Positions 12,755-27,480 of a stretch of 64,000 nucleotides of DNA are shown here, piece after piece. The notes below the pieces were generated by a model. The model ran no database searches. It worked only from the letters and a program-made list of their open reading frames with translations, and was not told where the DNA came from. Every line of letters starts with the position of its first letter. Within the stretch, counting starts at the first letter, position 1. A program made the position numbers and the translations under genes. The DNA comes from Octopus vulgaris (lineage: Eukaryota), in assembly GCA_951406725.2 (NCBI GenBank), contig OX597815.1, forward strand, positions 19,716,001-19,780,000. Direction: 5' to 3'.

Positions 12755-13428
12755 AGACTTCAAGGAATTGAATCACTTCATGCTAACATTGTATGATTTT
12801 GAAGGTACTAGTAACATTAAGTACCTCATCAAAACTTGTACATAGAAGACCTTACTTCATAAATTAAAGATTTTAGCCCGAAATGTTGTTTTCCGGCGAT
12901 CTGTCAAATTAGACATGGCCTAGTCGAACAATCTAAGATGCTTTAGTTATCTTCTGAATGAACATCAATGCCCGCTGTATCTTTGTATGTATAATCAGAT
13001 ACGCGTGAGAATATGGGGAGGGGTGTAAATATGAAGGGTGTCCTCTACATTTATCGAAGATCTAGCCTTTATCGAACAATTCCTCCGAAGCTACGTACAC
13101 GAAGTCCGGAATAACTCTCAAACCTTTCCTTGCGGAACTAAAAGATATTTAGTGATTATTTCGTTAACGTTTCATTCTTTTACTTGTCTCAGTCGTTTGA
13201 CTCCATGCTAGGGCACCGCATTTATTCGAACAAATCGATTCCAGGACTTATTCTTGGTAAGCTTAGTACTTAATCTATCAGTTTCTTTTGCCGAACCGCT
13301 AAGTTACGGGGACATAAGCTCACAAGCATCGGTTGTCAAGCGATGGTGGGGGACAAGCACAGACACACAAATATATATATATATATATACATACAAACAT
13401 ACATACATACATACAAACACACACACAT

Positions 13429-13506
<78 letters not shown>

Positions 13507-13517
13507 ATATATACATA

Positions 13518-13800
13518 GACAATTGCAGCCTGGAAGGTGTTTATAAGCCATTTACAGACACAAAAAAAACGATCGATTCACTTCAACATTTAAATTTAAT
13601 TTTTGTCAAAATATTTCGTCGTTTTGAAACTGCGACCTATTCACTGACAAAACCCCGAAATGCTGCACGAAGTTTTGTCAGCGAACAGTGAATCTAACGG
13701 GTATTTGCGTGTGTTTTAAATGGCTTTTAAACACCTTCCACTGCAATTGTTTTTGTTTCAGCACACGATCTCAGATCAAGTCACTTGCTATGCAAGTGTA
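13518..13800. mobile_element. Palindromic hammerhead-bearing element (family H3) nested in SINE A
   Basis: ACAATTGCAG..GGAAGGTGTTTATAAGCCATTTA (13519) is inverted at 13688-13750; inner arms TTCACTGACAAAAC / GTTTTGTCAGCGAA. Confidence 0.75.
13601..13652 (-). ncRNA. Hammerhead-like motif with G3 core (G3.U8 here; C8 in the truncated sister arm)
   Basis: UUUUGUCA GUGAAUA G GUCG-11nt-CGAC GAAA UAU UU UGACAAAA: 8-bp stem I, 4-bp stem II. Confidence 0.55.
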
Positions 13801-13810
13801 TATCTCTCTG

Positions 13811-13876
<66 letters not shown>

Positions 13877-14254
13877 GACTGGCTTCTTTCAGTTTCTGTC
13901 TACCAAATCCACTCGCTCATGGCTATAGCAGAAGACACTTGCCCAAGGTGGCATGCAGTGGGAGCGAACCTGGAACCATGTGGTTGGGAAGCAAGCTTCT
14001 TACCACACGTGGTTTTATAAACAACTTTCCATACAATACAAGCATTTATATATATATATACCGTCAGGGCGTCGGATGAAATTCACTGCGGTAGTTGGTC
14101 CGTTTCTTTCTGGTTTGAGTTCGGATTTCAACAGAATCAGCTTTGCCTTTTATATTTTCCAGTTCGATACCAGGCAACTACTGGGTCGATAGTATCGAGT
14201 AGCACTGTCTCCTGAAAGTCGCTAGCCTTGTGCTTAAATCAGAAACCATATGCG

Positions 14255-14286
<32 letters not shown>

Positions 14287-17200
14287 AATGCATGAACTTT
14301 TTTCCATATATATATTCACATACGCTAATAAAAGTTATATTTGTAAGAAACAACGACCAAGATGCCGTGGCGTGCATACTGGTTCAAGTGTGGTCAACGA
14401 ACTGCATTTAAAGAAATCATTTTGATATTTTCCTTAGTTGAAATTTGTTTAGTAAATGTAATTTTCCTCTCTGGCTCTTTCCTAATGTTTGACAGCAATT
14501 CAAATAATATTTTATAATCGAATAACTCGAAGGGTGAGGATGAAGAACCATGGGCATGGATGTTTTACTCGATCCATTTGTGCAGATCAAGAAACAGTTG
14601 GATAAAAATCAATGAACGGTAGAGCTATGTAGCAGGAGTTAGGGTGACTGAGGGGCATTGAAGACTAGAGTAAGACAATGGTGATGATGATAGAAAAAAG
14701 TTTGACTACGACGGCCATAGTAGCCGTACTGATGATGATGACGATGACGATGGTTATGGGGTGTTTGGATGTGGTGTTCATGATGATGTTCGTCGTGATG
14801 ATGAGAATGTACGAATAACATATAAAGATTCTTGATTTAAATATTGTTAACAGTTCTATATATTCACTCTTTGTATTTGGGACGGTAATCGATAAAAGAG
14901 AAATCAGAAAAGATGAAAAAAGAACAAAACAGTTTATTTTTGTGATGTCATATTTTAAGAGCTGTCAAGAAAAATACTTAGTAAATTAAATCGCTTCGCT
15001 CTAGAACTTGTCTAAGTGAATCAGTAGCACTCATTGACAAGTTCGACTTATTCGCAAGACAGAGTATGAAAAATCATATGTAAAAAATATATATATAATA
15101 ATAACTGCTTTTAAAAATTTCAGCCATTAAACACCGACATAAGTTGCCCCTTAGTCTTAATAAAATATGAATGCAATTGAACATTGCAAACATAACTTAT
15201 TTATTTGCATAACATATTCAATTATTTGTAATTATTTATTTATATTATTTAAGTTTTAAAATTCTCAAATCTGTCGAATTTGTATGCATGAAATCAGTCA
15301 TTGGAAGTTATTTTAGGGAAAATAAGTAGATAGTAAGTTGATACATAGTAATTTCGTCGGAGTTCAGTAGAAGACTAGCAGCGGAAGTATTATTAGGTGG
15401 AATAGACAGCTTTAGAACCCTGCTGTGTGAAGAAGCAGTTTTTCTTTAATAATGTTTCGAAAAATAAACAGCCAAGGAAAGGTTTCCTCACAGCGTCGCG
15501 AACAATCTGTTGGAAATCTTAAATGTTGGAAAATGTTAAAATGTAAGTTATCAATAAAAATTAGGTCTGTTTAAAATACAGGTTTCTTAAAACAAAATAG
15601 TAGAAGTAAAAGTGGTTTTAAAGGTAAGACGTATTACGCCATTTCCATATGTATCCATCTCAGCTATTTTCACAAAGTTTTCAAGTAATCCATTTTTTCT
15701 TTCATTTTCTCGTTTCAAAACCTTTTTCTTGTATCATTTCTTTTTGTTGCAGCATTTAAATTTTGTTGTTTATATTTCTTTTTATCATTTCTATTTCAAA
15801 TCAAAAAATTTCATTTATTTATCGATGTTGGTTTTCTCACTTCCCTAGCTCTGTCGATCAATGCAATAATTATTTCTTAATTTTACACCCTCCCACTGCA
15901 CATCCTCATGTAACCGCCATCTTACTAGGCAGGTGAGCGACTGCGATCGATTGAATATAGCTATTTTTTGAAAGAATGGGATTGGAAAAGGAAGATCATA
16001 TATGTGCCAACGTGACTTAAGGATATTCGGCACCTATTGCAGCTTTTGTTTTAATTTGATCAATCTTTTACTAGCTTTTTGTCTCTTTACAATTGATTAA
16101 CAAATTAAATTATCAATAATTCATCATTATCTCTTATTTCCCCACCACCACGACAACCTTCGTCTGTCTTACCCCTACCTCACTCCACGAGCTGCATAAA
16201 AATATAACATCCTACAGAAATTATTATTTTCGTTCTTGTTTGCGTGTATTTTGTTTGATGCATTTGTTGATTATACCTCTTTCTTTTGGTGTTCACAAAG
16301 ATTTAGAAAGTTTTAAATGAACAAATAAATAAATAAATTTCTTCTTTGTAAAAAAACATTTCGATTTTATTCCACCGAAAATACTTCTAAAAGTTAATAG
16401 AATCCTCGAAATGATTAATAGAATTTATAATAATATGTTTAATGCTTCAAATGATAACTACCATAATTCCACAGTTACTAAGGTCGCCGGATTAAATACC
16501 TTGTTATGTTTAATTACACCCTCTTTTATATTCTAACTTCAAGTATAACTAGGGACGACTTTAGCTTCGATATCTCAACTCCTTGTAATATATCCGCCTT
16601 TTTAACCGGGTTAGCAATCAATATTAGTAATATGCAACAGACGGTTATGATTTCTATAGAATAAACTTGGAATGTTAGGCATGTGTATGCTATGCAGACA
16701 ATTTTATTTTCCTTTTTTTTTTTTAATGATTCCATACACTTTCTCAGAGGAAAATGGTTACAGGTGATACCCATTTTGTGCGGGAAAAATTGACACATCC
16801 TCAAACCGAAAACTTGACCTGTATGTCTGCGACTGAGTGAAATACACTAAATGCCTCCAAGGACTAGTGGGGGGGGGCTGAAGGTTAAACAATGGACACC
16901 GTATAAAGTATATCTCTTAAAATAAGAACAATATAGAATATAGTGAAGTATTTTATAAAATGGGAGAAGTCACTGCAAGTACACAAAACAGAAGAAGAAG
17001 AAGAAAGGGACAAGTATACGAATTTCGTGGCGACGAACAAGCAAATATATCGAATCCAAGAACCTGACTAATACTTTTTTCCTCCCTGGAAAGTTGGCAG
17101 CGTTAGATTCGAACTCAGAACGTAAAATTTGCTTAGCTAAATTCCGATACTTTACCGATTCTGTCAATTCTGTTAATTACCAGTATCTTCAAAGCCGCAG

Positions 17201-17554
17201 CTCTAGAGTAGTAGAGAATAAGATATAGTAGTCAATAAAGTGCGATGTAAGTAAATATAACAATGAAAGATGTTGCGAGTTGATAGAGGCAAAGTTTGGG
17301 GAAGACACTGTTTTTTTGTATGGATGTTTGTTAATGCTTATTATATCACATATAGCTTCTCATACATAACTACACACAAACACATAAACATATACACATG
17401 TACATATACACATACGAAACCTATATATATATACTTATACAACTTTCATATACACATATATGCACATACACTTATACACATACACGCACAGAGACGCATA
17501 TATACATGGACATACACAAATATATTCATATATACACCTATATATATCTATATA

Positions 17555-17596
<42 letters not shown>

Positions 17597-17766
17597 AATA
17601 CACGCACACATGCAAATATACTACCACCTACACACACATACACATACTACGTGTATGCATAGTTTATGCTTGTTTTGGATTCTTCTATAATCATCACTTA
17701 CTCTTCCCCCCTCTCTCTATCTATTTATCTATCTCTTTCTATCATTCTATCTATATCTTCCTCTAG

Positions 17767-17832
<66 letters not shown>

Positions 17833-18519
17833 TTCCAGCATCAATTACTCTCTCTCTCTCTCTCTCTCTCATTCTTTCACTCTCTTTTTTTCTTCTTCCT
17901 GCTCCCTTCTCTCTTTCTATCTCTATATCTCTTTCAATATAAGTTTACACGAGAAATATATATATAATAGCATCCATCCTTTTCTCATTTCTCTTCTTTT
18001 TTTCTCTCTCTCCCTCTCTCCATCTCTTCCCCCCACTTTCTCCATCTTTCGACCCCCCTCTCTCTCTCTCTGTATCTTTCTTATTCTCTCTTTTGTTAAA
18101 ACTTCGTTTTCTTCACTTTCCTTCTCTCTTTCCGCCTCTTTCCGCTTCTGTATTCCATTTCATTTATTCCATGTTATCTCCTTGCTCTCCTTCCACCATC
18201 TCCACCTCCCTCTCCCGCTCCACAAATCTCCTTCTTTCTTTCCTTCTTTCTTTTTACGATGCTCCACTTAGCTCCTCCCTTCCCTTCTCTCTCTCTTTCT
18301 CTTCTATTTCCAACATCTTACTACTAGAACGTTTCTCTCGTTTCGTTTTTCCTCTGCTCCCCTCTTAATTCCTATGATTTTTCACTTTTTTTTAACAAGT
18401 CAGTGTGTCACGTACAATACAGGTGATATTTTGGCGCTTCCTTTTATATTTACACGCGCACATACACATTTACACATTTACACACAAACGTACACACTCA
18501 AATACACACACACACATAC

Positions 18520-18557
<38 letters not shown>

Positions 18558-18894
18558 GAATACATGAAAACAAACTCTTCCAAACTTCTTTATGTATATT
18601 TTCATTTATCCATAAAATGGATGCCGAAGACGGGATAGCAACAAACACTCAGGTAGTATCGGATTGTTGTGTCGGATAAGTTGACACTCGCATTCCTTTC
18701 CAAGCTAAAAAAAAAAAAATCAGGAATAACTTTGAAATAATGTTGCATTCCATGTAAATTTAATTTTATACGACATGATCGGAGGCGGGAGTACTGAAAA
18801 TTGTTTGAAACTTATTATAAAGAACATCATTTTTTGCGCAGAAAATATCCCGTAACTGACATAAAAACTGACACATAGATACATACATACACAC

Positions 18895-18952
<58 letters not shown>

Positions 18953-19269
18953 TCACAGCACACACATGCATACATAGATATATCAGTATCTATCTCCTTA
19001 TCACTCTATATCTCTTTCCCCTCTCTCTCCATATATATTATACACACACATACATGTGCACATGTTGTTAAATCTATCTACTTGAGGAATGTCTATTCAC
19101 ACTTAACTTAGGAGTCCAGTTCTTATTTTGTATTGTTACTCTGGTGGAATACAGAGAGAAAAAGAGAGGGGGAGAGGGGAATAGTAAGTGTTGTGTGTAT
19201 AATGTAATATATTGAATATGCAAAACATGGATTCTATAATATTAAGAAAAGAGAAATTAGAATAACAAC

Positions 19270-19334
<65 letters not shown>

Positions 19335-19772
19335 ATAAGGAAAGTTTGCTGTATTTTCATTGGTTAAAAGTGAAAATAGCAAAACTAGTGGTGAGAAAGA
19401 AACCATTGGGATGATAAGAATTTTTTTTTTTTCTTTTTCTTTCTTTTACAAACAAAAGAAAAGAAACAAAAAAGAAAGATAGAAACAAAATTGTACGAGA
19501 GAGGGGGGGAAAATGAAAATGTGTGTGAGAGGATGGAAATGTAAAGAAAGAAAGAAGACGGGACTCAACATGTGGTCGAGTATTGAAAACGTAGTAGTGG
19601 GGGTTGGAAACAGGAGACAGGAAGAGGCACTTTGGAAAAGAATCTATAGAAAGGAAAAAAATGGTAATAAATAACTATTGGAACAACATGGACATACCTC
19701 TCTCCTGAACTTATAGACTTTTTTTTTTCCCACCAGTTCATGTCTGGCTAATTTCGTGTACGCAATTCAGAT

Positions 19773-19827
<55 letters not shown>

Positions 19828-21113
19828 GCTTATAAGAAACAGTCCAATACTGTTGCAAGTCATACATACATAAATACATGCGTACATACATACATGTTTG
19901 CACATACATACATATATACATACATACATGCATGCATACGAGCATAAATGATATTAACAAATTTAGTGACACGTGCATATACTCTCATTTTTATAAAGTG
20001 AAACGAAATATATTTCTTCACTTGGCACACACATATACACCACTTTTACCAAGAATTTTTGTTTCCGCTGCTGAAAGAACGCCAGGACCCGGAACGGTAT
20101 GTTTATTTTTACCAAGTTTTTTTTGTTCAAAGAAACAAAATCATATAAGCAATAACTGGAATACATGTCAGCACTTTACACGTTGACGATGTTACAACTT
20201 TGTTACGGGATGAAAAAAGTGCACGCATTGAAGCGAAAACGGATATCAACAAGTGACTGTGATAATAATTTTAAACAAAGTTCTTAAAAAGGAAAACAAT
20301 TGCTGAGTGGAATTAAAGAGCTTTGTAGCTTGAAAGAAGAGCTGGTTAGATGAAGAGGAGAGCATGGAATGGAAGAAAACAGCTGGAATCAAGACGTGTT
20401 TTGATAAACAAATGGGAGACATGTAAAAGGAGAGAAAAGAAGAAAAACAAGAAAAAATGTAATGAAATTAATATTTGTTGTAATAATTATTCTTAATATC
20501 TTAATCAAAGTTACTGCCACTACAAATATTCATTATAATTATAATTATAATAGTAATAGTAATAATAATATTTTTAACGATTTTAATTATTTTCGAATAT
20601 ATTATTCAATAGATCCTTAGTAATTTTCTGTTTCTTTGAGGGGTTTTTTTTCAAATAGTAGGACATTTTTTTACGTATCTTCCTTGAGTATTTATATATA
20701 TATATATATTTTATCACTTTGTTTATTATATTTATTTGACTATTAAAAAAAAACTTGGTAGGTTTTATTATTGAAAAATATATTAAAATGCTTAGATAAA
20801 AATCCACAGTAAAAAAATAAGAGTTCTAAGTTCACATAAAAATTATAGGGTTTGCTGAAAAAAAAATGTTTAAACACGCGATGAAGAAAACTAAGAAAAA
20901 ATATTTTCTGGTACCCATTCCCTTAACTTAGAGGGGGAAAAACACGATGAAGAAATTTTTTACAACCAAAGACATTTCTGGAAATTGAGGTAAAAAGAAA
21001 AAAAAACAAACACAGTGAGAAAGAATGATAAAAGTAAGTGAAGTACGGGAGAAAACTATGAAGTTTGTGTTTCACTTGAATAGTGTTAATGACAACTTTG
21101 ATAAGAGGTTGTG

Positions 21114-21253
21114 ATGGAGAAAAAGAGAAGCGCTAGTGGCAACTCGCTGGCAGAATTGGACTGTGAATTTTCGGCCCACGCTGAAAGCGAGATTCTCAAT
21201 GAAAAAGGCAAACCAAAACCAAAGTCTGCATTGAAACAGCACCCCTACAACAG
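21114..21253 (+). CDS. Candidate first coding exon of an unidentified host gene
   Basis: ATG preceded by an in-frame stop; MEKKRSASGNSLAELDCEFSAHAESEILNEKGKPKPKSALKQHPYN then AG|GTAGTA donor-like site; complex, GC-richer island among repeats; no homology recognised. Confidence 0.35.
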
Positions 21254-21380
21254 GTAGTACTTTACTTGGGACCTTTCTCCCTCCGTTCTCTCTCTCTGTG
21301 TCTCTCTCTCTTTTTCTCTCTCTCTGTCTATCTCTCTGTCTATCTCTCTCTCTCCCTATTTCCATCTCTTTATGCATGTA

Positions 21381-21418
<38 letters not shown>

Positions 21419-21552
21419 TATATACACGTGTGTGTATATATATATATACATGTGCATACACACACATATGCGCACATATTTATGCATACATTTATATACA
21501 TATATCTATATATATATACATATGCAAATATAAATGCATATAGATATGTATA

Positions 21553-21589
<37 letters not shown>

Positions 21590-22010
21590 GTGTGTATGTG
21601 TGTGTGTGTGTGTGTGTGGATGTGTGTATATGTATGTATATATCCCTCTGTTGCCCCTTGCTCACATTATCTCCCAACTATTGACTTTGTTTATTGAGTT
21701 CGTTTATTTGTTTGCTTTTCGTTGTTAGTTTTCAATTTTGTTTTTTCTCTCATTTCTCTATTACTTCTGTTTTTATTTTATTTAAATGCTGATTTTCTTA
21801 AAAAAAATTTTAACATAATATACAATGACACAACCATTACCATCATCATCAACAACAACAACAATAATAATAATAATAATAATAATATCTATATATACAC
21901 ACATACATATATATATATATATTGTATATGTATATATGTATATGTCTATATATATGTATATATGTATATGTCTATATATATGTATATATATATATGTATA
22001 TATATATATA

Positions 22011-22061
<51 letters not shown>

Positions 22062-22344
22062 CTGCACACACTTGGGATAGGTAGTATTTAGTCAAAGCAT
22101 GTTAGGGTTTTATTTGATTGCTTGCATAAAAGAAAATAGTTGTTGTTCTCTTTTGTTTTATTTTGTTCCTGCTATATTTTGGGTCATTTATTTTTGTTGA
22201 TGTTGTTGCTTTCGTTATCGGTTTTTTTTTATTCTTGTTCTTAACTCCCTTCACGCATAAGTATTCAAGACCTAGATTTCAAACCTTCCTCGTCCAAGAA
22301 ATAAGATAAAGGGAGCGATTGGAGCGCTTTTGTTCCAATTTATG

Positions 22345-22562
22345 TCAGACTCAAGGAGGCAGCTTCTATGTGGTCGCTCAAAATGGTAGAAATACAGTCA
22401 AATCTCCCTCAAGTCACACTGTAACTCTTAGAAAAGCACATCTTAAATAAAAAGAACCCTGCGTCTCCTGTAGTTAGGAAAAAGACGGAATGGTCACGGC
22501 TGGTGTGCTTTGATCATAGGTCTGCTGATCGGGGCAAACTTGTTGCTTACAACAACAACAAC
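22345..22562 (+). mobile_element. SINE-like family D copy with (CAA)n tail
   Basis: Similar to 690-885; ends in ACAACAACAACAAC. Confidence 0.4.
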
Positions 22563-22804
22563 GGCAGCAAGAACTATTGCATATTCTATGAGGTAGAGTT
22601 TAAATATAACTGTTCACAAACTTTCAGCGCATAGAAAGTCACACATCAAAATAAAGTGGAACTTGTATCACCTTTGACCTTTCATTCAAGATGACTTTCC
22701 TTGAACGGTCAAAGACTATACATATATATATATATACATACATATATTTATTTATTTATTTATTCATTTATTTAAAAGCATGTAAGCAAAAGCTCCTATT
22801 GCTC

Positions 22805-22965
22805 GTGATGAGCTGATTAGCAGAAACTGTTTGCATTTCATCCTTTCGGGGTCGATAAATTAAGTACCAGTTACGCACTGGGGTCGATGTAATCGGCTTA
22901 ATCCCTCTGTCTATCCTTGTTTGTTCCCTCTATGTCTAGCCCCTTGTGGGTAATAAAGAAATAAG
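22805..22965 (+). mobile_element. Meta/MESC-domain SINE (family B), internally deleted
   Basis: TTTCATCCTTTCGGGGTCGATAAATTAAGTACCAG core plus CCCCTTGTGGGTAATAAAGAAATA tail. Confidence 0.8.
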
Positions 22966-23691
22966 AAACTGCAAGGCCCCCACCTCACCTCCTCTCCTCT
23001 CTCCTTTTCTCTACACAGTAGATTTTTATGAACTAAAATTCAAAATTCATAAGTACAAAATATCATATTTATACACGCACATAGAGGAGCATATACATGC
23101 ATACATACACACGCACGCATATGTGTATGTGTGTGTGTATACGTATGTATATGAATGTATGTATGTGAATAAATGCGTGTGTCAGTATGTGTATGCGTGT
23201 GTTTATATGTACATACTTAATATGCATGTCTGTATATGTTCGTTTGTTGGTTTTACTAAGTATGTCTATTTTTGCACTTGTGTGTGCGTGTGTGTGTGTG
23301 TGTGTGTGCGCGCGTACCATTTAATGAATAACCTTCATAAATTAAATTATGCAATGTTTAGAACCAGTCTTTGCAAGATTGCCGAAAATATTGAAGAACT
23401 ATCGATTTAATGTTAGCTAAACGTGAAGTGTTTAGGAAATATAAATATATTAGATAAAGTGGAAGTAACTCGTTTCACCTTTTTTTTCTTCTTCTTAACT
23501 TCCATCAGCCAAAAAAGATACTTTTTTATATGTATCGATTTGTGATTTAAGCAGATCGACAGTACAAGAAGCAGTGGGAGGATCTGATGGTTAATTCGAC
23601 CTTAGTACATTACTGGTACTAATTTTATTAATCTTGACAGTGTGTGAATATTTAGTTAAGATAAAACACTGTAAGATATATATTTCTGCTA

Positions 23692-23891
23692 TCGGCGAGC
23701 TGGCAGAAACGTTAGCATGCCGGGCGAAATGCGGCTACGTTGTGAGTTCAAATTCCGCCGAGGTCGACTTTGCCTTTCATCCTTTCGAGGTCGATAAATT
23801 AAGTACCAGTTACGCACTGGGGTCTATGTAATTGACTTAATCCCTTTGTCTGTCCCCTTTATGTTTAGCCCCTTGTTGGCAATAAAGAAAT
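23692..23891 (+). mobile_element. Meta/MESC-domain SINE (family B)
   Basis: GGCGAGCTGGCAGAAACG head, box B AGTTCAAATTCC, Meta-like core GCCTTTCATCCTTTCGAGGTCGATAAA. Confidence 0.85.
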
Positions 23892-26769
23892 ATATCTGCC
23901 GGCTAACCGGCATTCAATATGCGAATATACGATTCCTTTCAAGAGGTTGAAACAATTCTTCGCATTTTGGTGGTATGTACTTAAAAGATTTTGCAGTGGC
24001 CATTCACTGTTTTTCCAATATTTGATGAGTTAATATAACAGATATGTATCAACTAAGAATCGGAATTGGTTGCTGCATCGATTTAACAATCATTTACTCA
24101 TTTCTCCACGCTGCTGGCCAAAATATATGCTGTTTTTATTGTTATTGCTGCTCTTTAACCCCAGGTTGTCCCCGATCAAATAGATTTATGAATAAAAGCT
24201 TTCCAACTATGACCATTTCATATTCTGAGAGTAGCTATAACTTCCAGGGTTTGTCCTTCATTCTAAGATGGTGTAGTGGGATAAGAGAACGATTTGACTA
24301 CTATTTTTTCCGGATCGTAAGGCCGTATAAAGTTTCCCTAATTGGCCCCTGAGAAAACAGGGAAGCGTTAAAAGAAATTGGGTCTTATATATAAATATGT
24401 ATTCATGTGCAAGGAACATGGAGGTAGTATATTTGCTCTTGGTTGGTAAAATCTAGATACAAATCAATTTTTTTTAATTATGAATAATTAATTGCACATA
24501 AGCCGAATGCCCTCTACAGGGAGCAATAAGTTATACTTAAGAACTAATTTTAAATTTCACATGCACACTCATACATACGCACATACATACATACATACAT
24601 ACACATACACACACACACATAAATATATGTGTGTGTATGTGTACAAATATGTGTCCGTGTGTGTGTAAATTTATATGTATCTATATATCCAGTTTTACTT
24701 ACCACATAAGTCGAGCTTTTGGCAAGTCCAGTTTGTAATGTAATCTGGCATGGACTGATTGTAACAATTCTTTCAATTTATAGTACTCGTGTCCTTAATA
24801 ATAGCATGAAAATCACTAGCTATTCATGCAAATTCTCAAAATCTTGAATTTCATGCCTCTATAGAAAGACAACGAAAAAGCTCTCCATTGAATGTGTCAT
24901 AAGATACTATGATACCATCATAATAATCTACTTAATGGTAGCTTTTCTAATTAATTCTTAATATTATGGCAATGAGCCATCCCAGATAATTCATGGTGTA
25001 TTGTGTCTTGTTTTGTTTTGTTTTTTGCCTTTTGAACGTTCGATACTTGATAACTTTGACTTGGTCCTGGGTAAGGAATATAAGTACTAATGGTACGCAT
25101 ATGCTGCCGTTATTGGTTTATTCCTTACTTCTTTAAAATAAAAATTCACAACAGATTGCTTTAATTAAAGATTATTATATTCTTAAATGTCAAATATAAA
25201 TGTTTGAATTAATGTTGAAATCTATAAATAAGCAACGCAAATTATCCTATCAATAATAGCTATGGTAAGATTTTAAATACCGAATAGATTCAGAATGGAA
25301 AGAAAGAAAACAAAAAACAACCCGAGACATGTGATTCAGCTTAGAGTGTCGTTATCATAGACCTCTGATCAAGCTTTCTTTTCCACATTATTTTCCTTTG
25401 CATTGTGATCACAACTTGAGAGACAGACTCTGCTTTCTAAAATAGTTAAATGTTCGTATCGTCACAATATGGAAAGTAATATTAAATAATATAATCCTAA
25501 TTATATTGTTTACAAAATTAATTGGTCGCACACGGCTGAAAGGCCTTTCAATATAGGACTGATCAATAAGAATTGACCTGAGGTTAAACACCAGTAATAA
25601 TGTACAGTTGCCTGCTTATAGCAAAGCTTCAGCCCAGCAAACAAAAGCTCAAGAGAAACTAGAAGCAAAAATTATGATGCTCTATTTTGGCAAAAGATAT
25701 ATAGATAGATATATCTTCGTAAACAAAGGCATGTGAAGGGAATCTTAAAATATAAAGTTTGCCCTGTACTTTAACAAACATTAGATTTCACGCATTTTAT
25801 AACGGTTTAGTCAGGAGACGAAGGCCAACATCATAAACCTCTTTGGAGCCTTCAGTGGTTAAAGAGATGAGCGAAGGAAATTAACCTTAGAGCGAAGACT
25901 TGGCCCGATTGTTGGTAACAGGATGGACTCTGCTAAAGGCACACAAACATGTTAAACCGAGCAACGAATTAACTGCATGCAACGATGGTAAATTTTAACA
26001 GCATTAAAACAAGTTAGTTAACATAAACAGTAGATACTAAACAATTAATGTATCTATTTACCCACACCTCGCCCGTGGTGAAATATTATGACCTTGAAAA
26101 AGTTTAGCCTTGCAGTCTGGGGAGAGGAATCATCTCTCTTATACATAAATATAGGAAACTTTGTCCAAGCGGTCGATAAACAAATGTATGAATGCGTTGC
26201 TTGTATGGGCAGGGTTTATTTTTTTTATTAGAATCTCGAATTCATTGACGCTCGTTTCTGATCATAACGATTGGTACAGCTCTGAAGGAATATGAAATCT
26301 GTTCTCCAGGGCACTGGGTAAAGTAAAATTCAAATTCCTGCATGTATTTACGCATATATTTATGACTGTATATTTATATCTGTATATGACTTCGTGTGCG
26401 TATGTACGTGTGTGCGTATGTACGTGTGTGCGTGTACACGCCTGTTTACATGCCTCTTTGTCTCTATGTCTCTCACTCCTACTTTTCCAAACAATATCTC
26501 TTCATCAATCAGTCTGTCTATCTATTTATATATGTATGTATGTATGTATTTATCTATCTTTCTATTTATCTAGTTATCTATCGGTCTGTCTATCTTTCTA
26601 TTTTTCTATCTCATTTCTCTTTATATATTAATTGAAATAACAGGAGACCACCCCTGACAAATGGCGCATTGTTGACGTTTATAGATATTGATAACTCAGG
26701 CGATATATTAAACTTTTTGAAAGTTTCTTTCAGGTGTTAATTTACTGAATACCTCTGTTTATTCGCAAT

Positions 26770-26938
26770 GTGTGTGTGTGTGTCTGTGTCTTTGTGTGTA
26801 TATGTATATATCTAATTATATATGCACGTGTGTATATGCATATATACATATGCATATATGTGAAGATATATATAGAGAAATTCATATATGCTTATATATA
26901 TATGTATGTATGTATATATGTATATATATATATATATG

Positions 26939-26981
<43 letters not shown>

Positions 26982-27226
26982 CATATATATATATATGTAT
27001 ATAGGTATTTATATATATGTATGCATATATATATGTATATTTCTATATATGTATATATATATATATATATGTATGCTTATATATGTATATAAATATATAT
27101 ATATGCATATATATATGTATATATGTATATATATATATGCATATATATATATGTTTATGTGTATATATATATATGTGCATATATATGTATGCATATATAT
27201 GTATGTGTATATATATGCATATGAAT

Positions 27227-27265
<39 letters not shown>

Positions 27266-27480
27266 TATATGTGTATATGTATAGATATATATGTATGTGA
27301 ATATGTATGTATGTATGTATATATATATATGTATGTATGTATATATGTATGTATATATATATGTATGTCTATATGTATGTATATATATATGCATGTATAT
27401 ATATATGAATGTATATATATATGTATGTTTGTATGTATGTATGTATATATATATCCATAAATACATGTATATATATGTGT
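26770..27480. repeat. Compound TA/TG/TATG microsatellite tract
   Basis: About 700 bp of degenerate (TA)n; source of spurious YI-rich ORFs. Confidence 0.95.

Larger units (their letters stand above)
13176..14008 (-). mobile_element. SINE family A copy split by an insertion in its internal microsatellite
   Basis: 3' half at 13176-13370 and 5' half at 13875-14008 both match 10063-10480 in reverse. Confidence 0.8.

Noticed and set aside
12880-13140. Minus-strand VPQG... possible LINE RT relic
   Set aside because: Only one short motif is convincing; many stops
18617-18658. Mini-exon MDAEDGIATNTQ|GTAGTA
   Set aside because: 12 codons; consistent with chance and no supporting evidence
22800-22836. 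GUGAUGA-GCU/AGC-AGAAAC hammerhead-like string
   Set aside because: Better explained as the decayed SINE B head (GAGCTG..GCAGAAAC.GTT.GCA); no stem I
25780-26150. Possible ancient RTE relic (also ILQGKVEG near 28780, minus)
   Set aside because: Similarity is too fragmentary to support without a profile search
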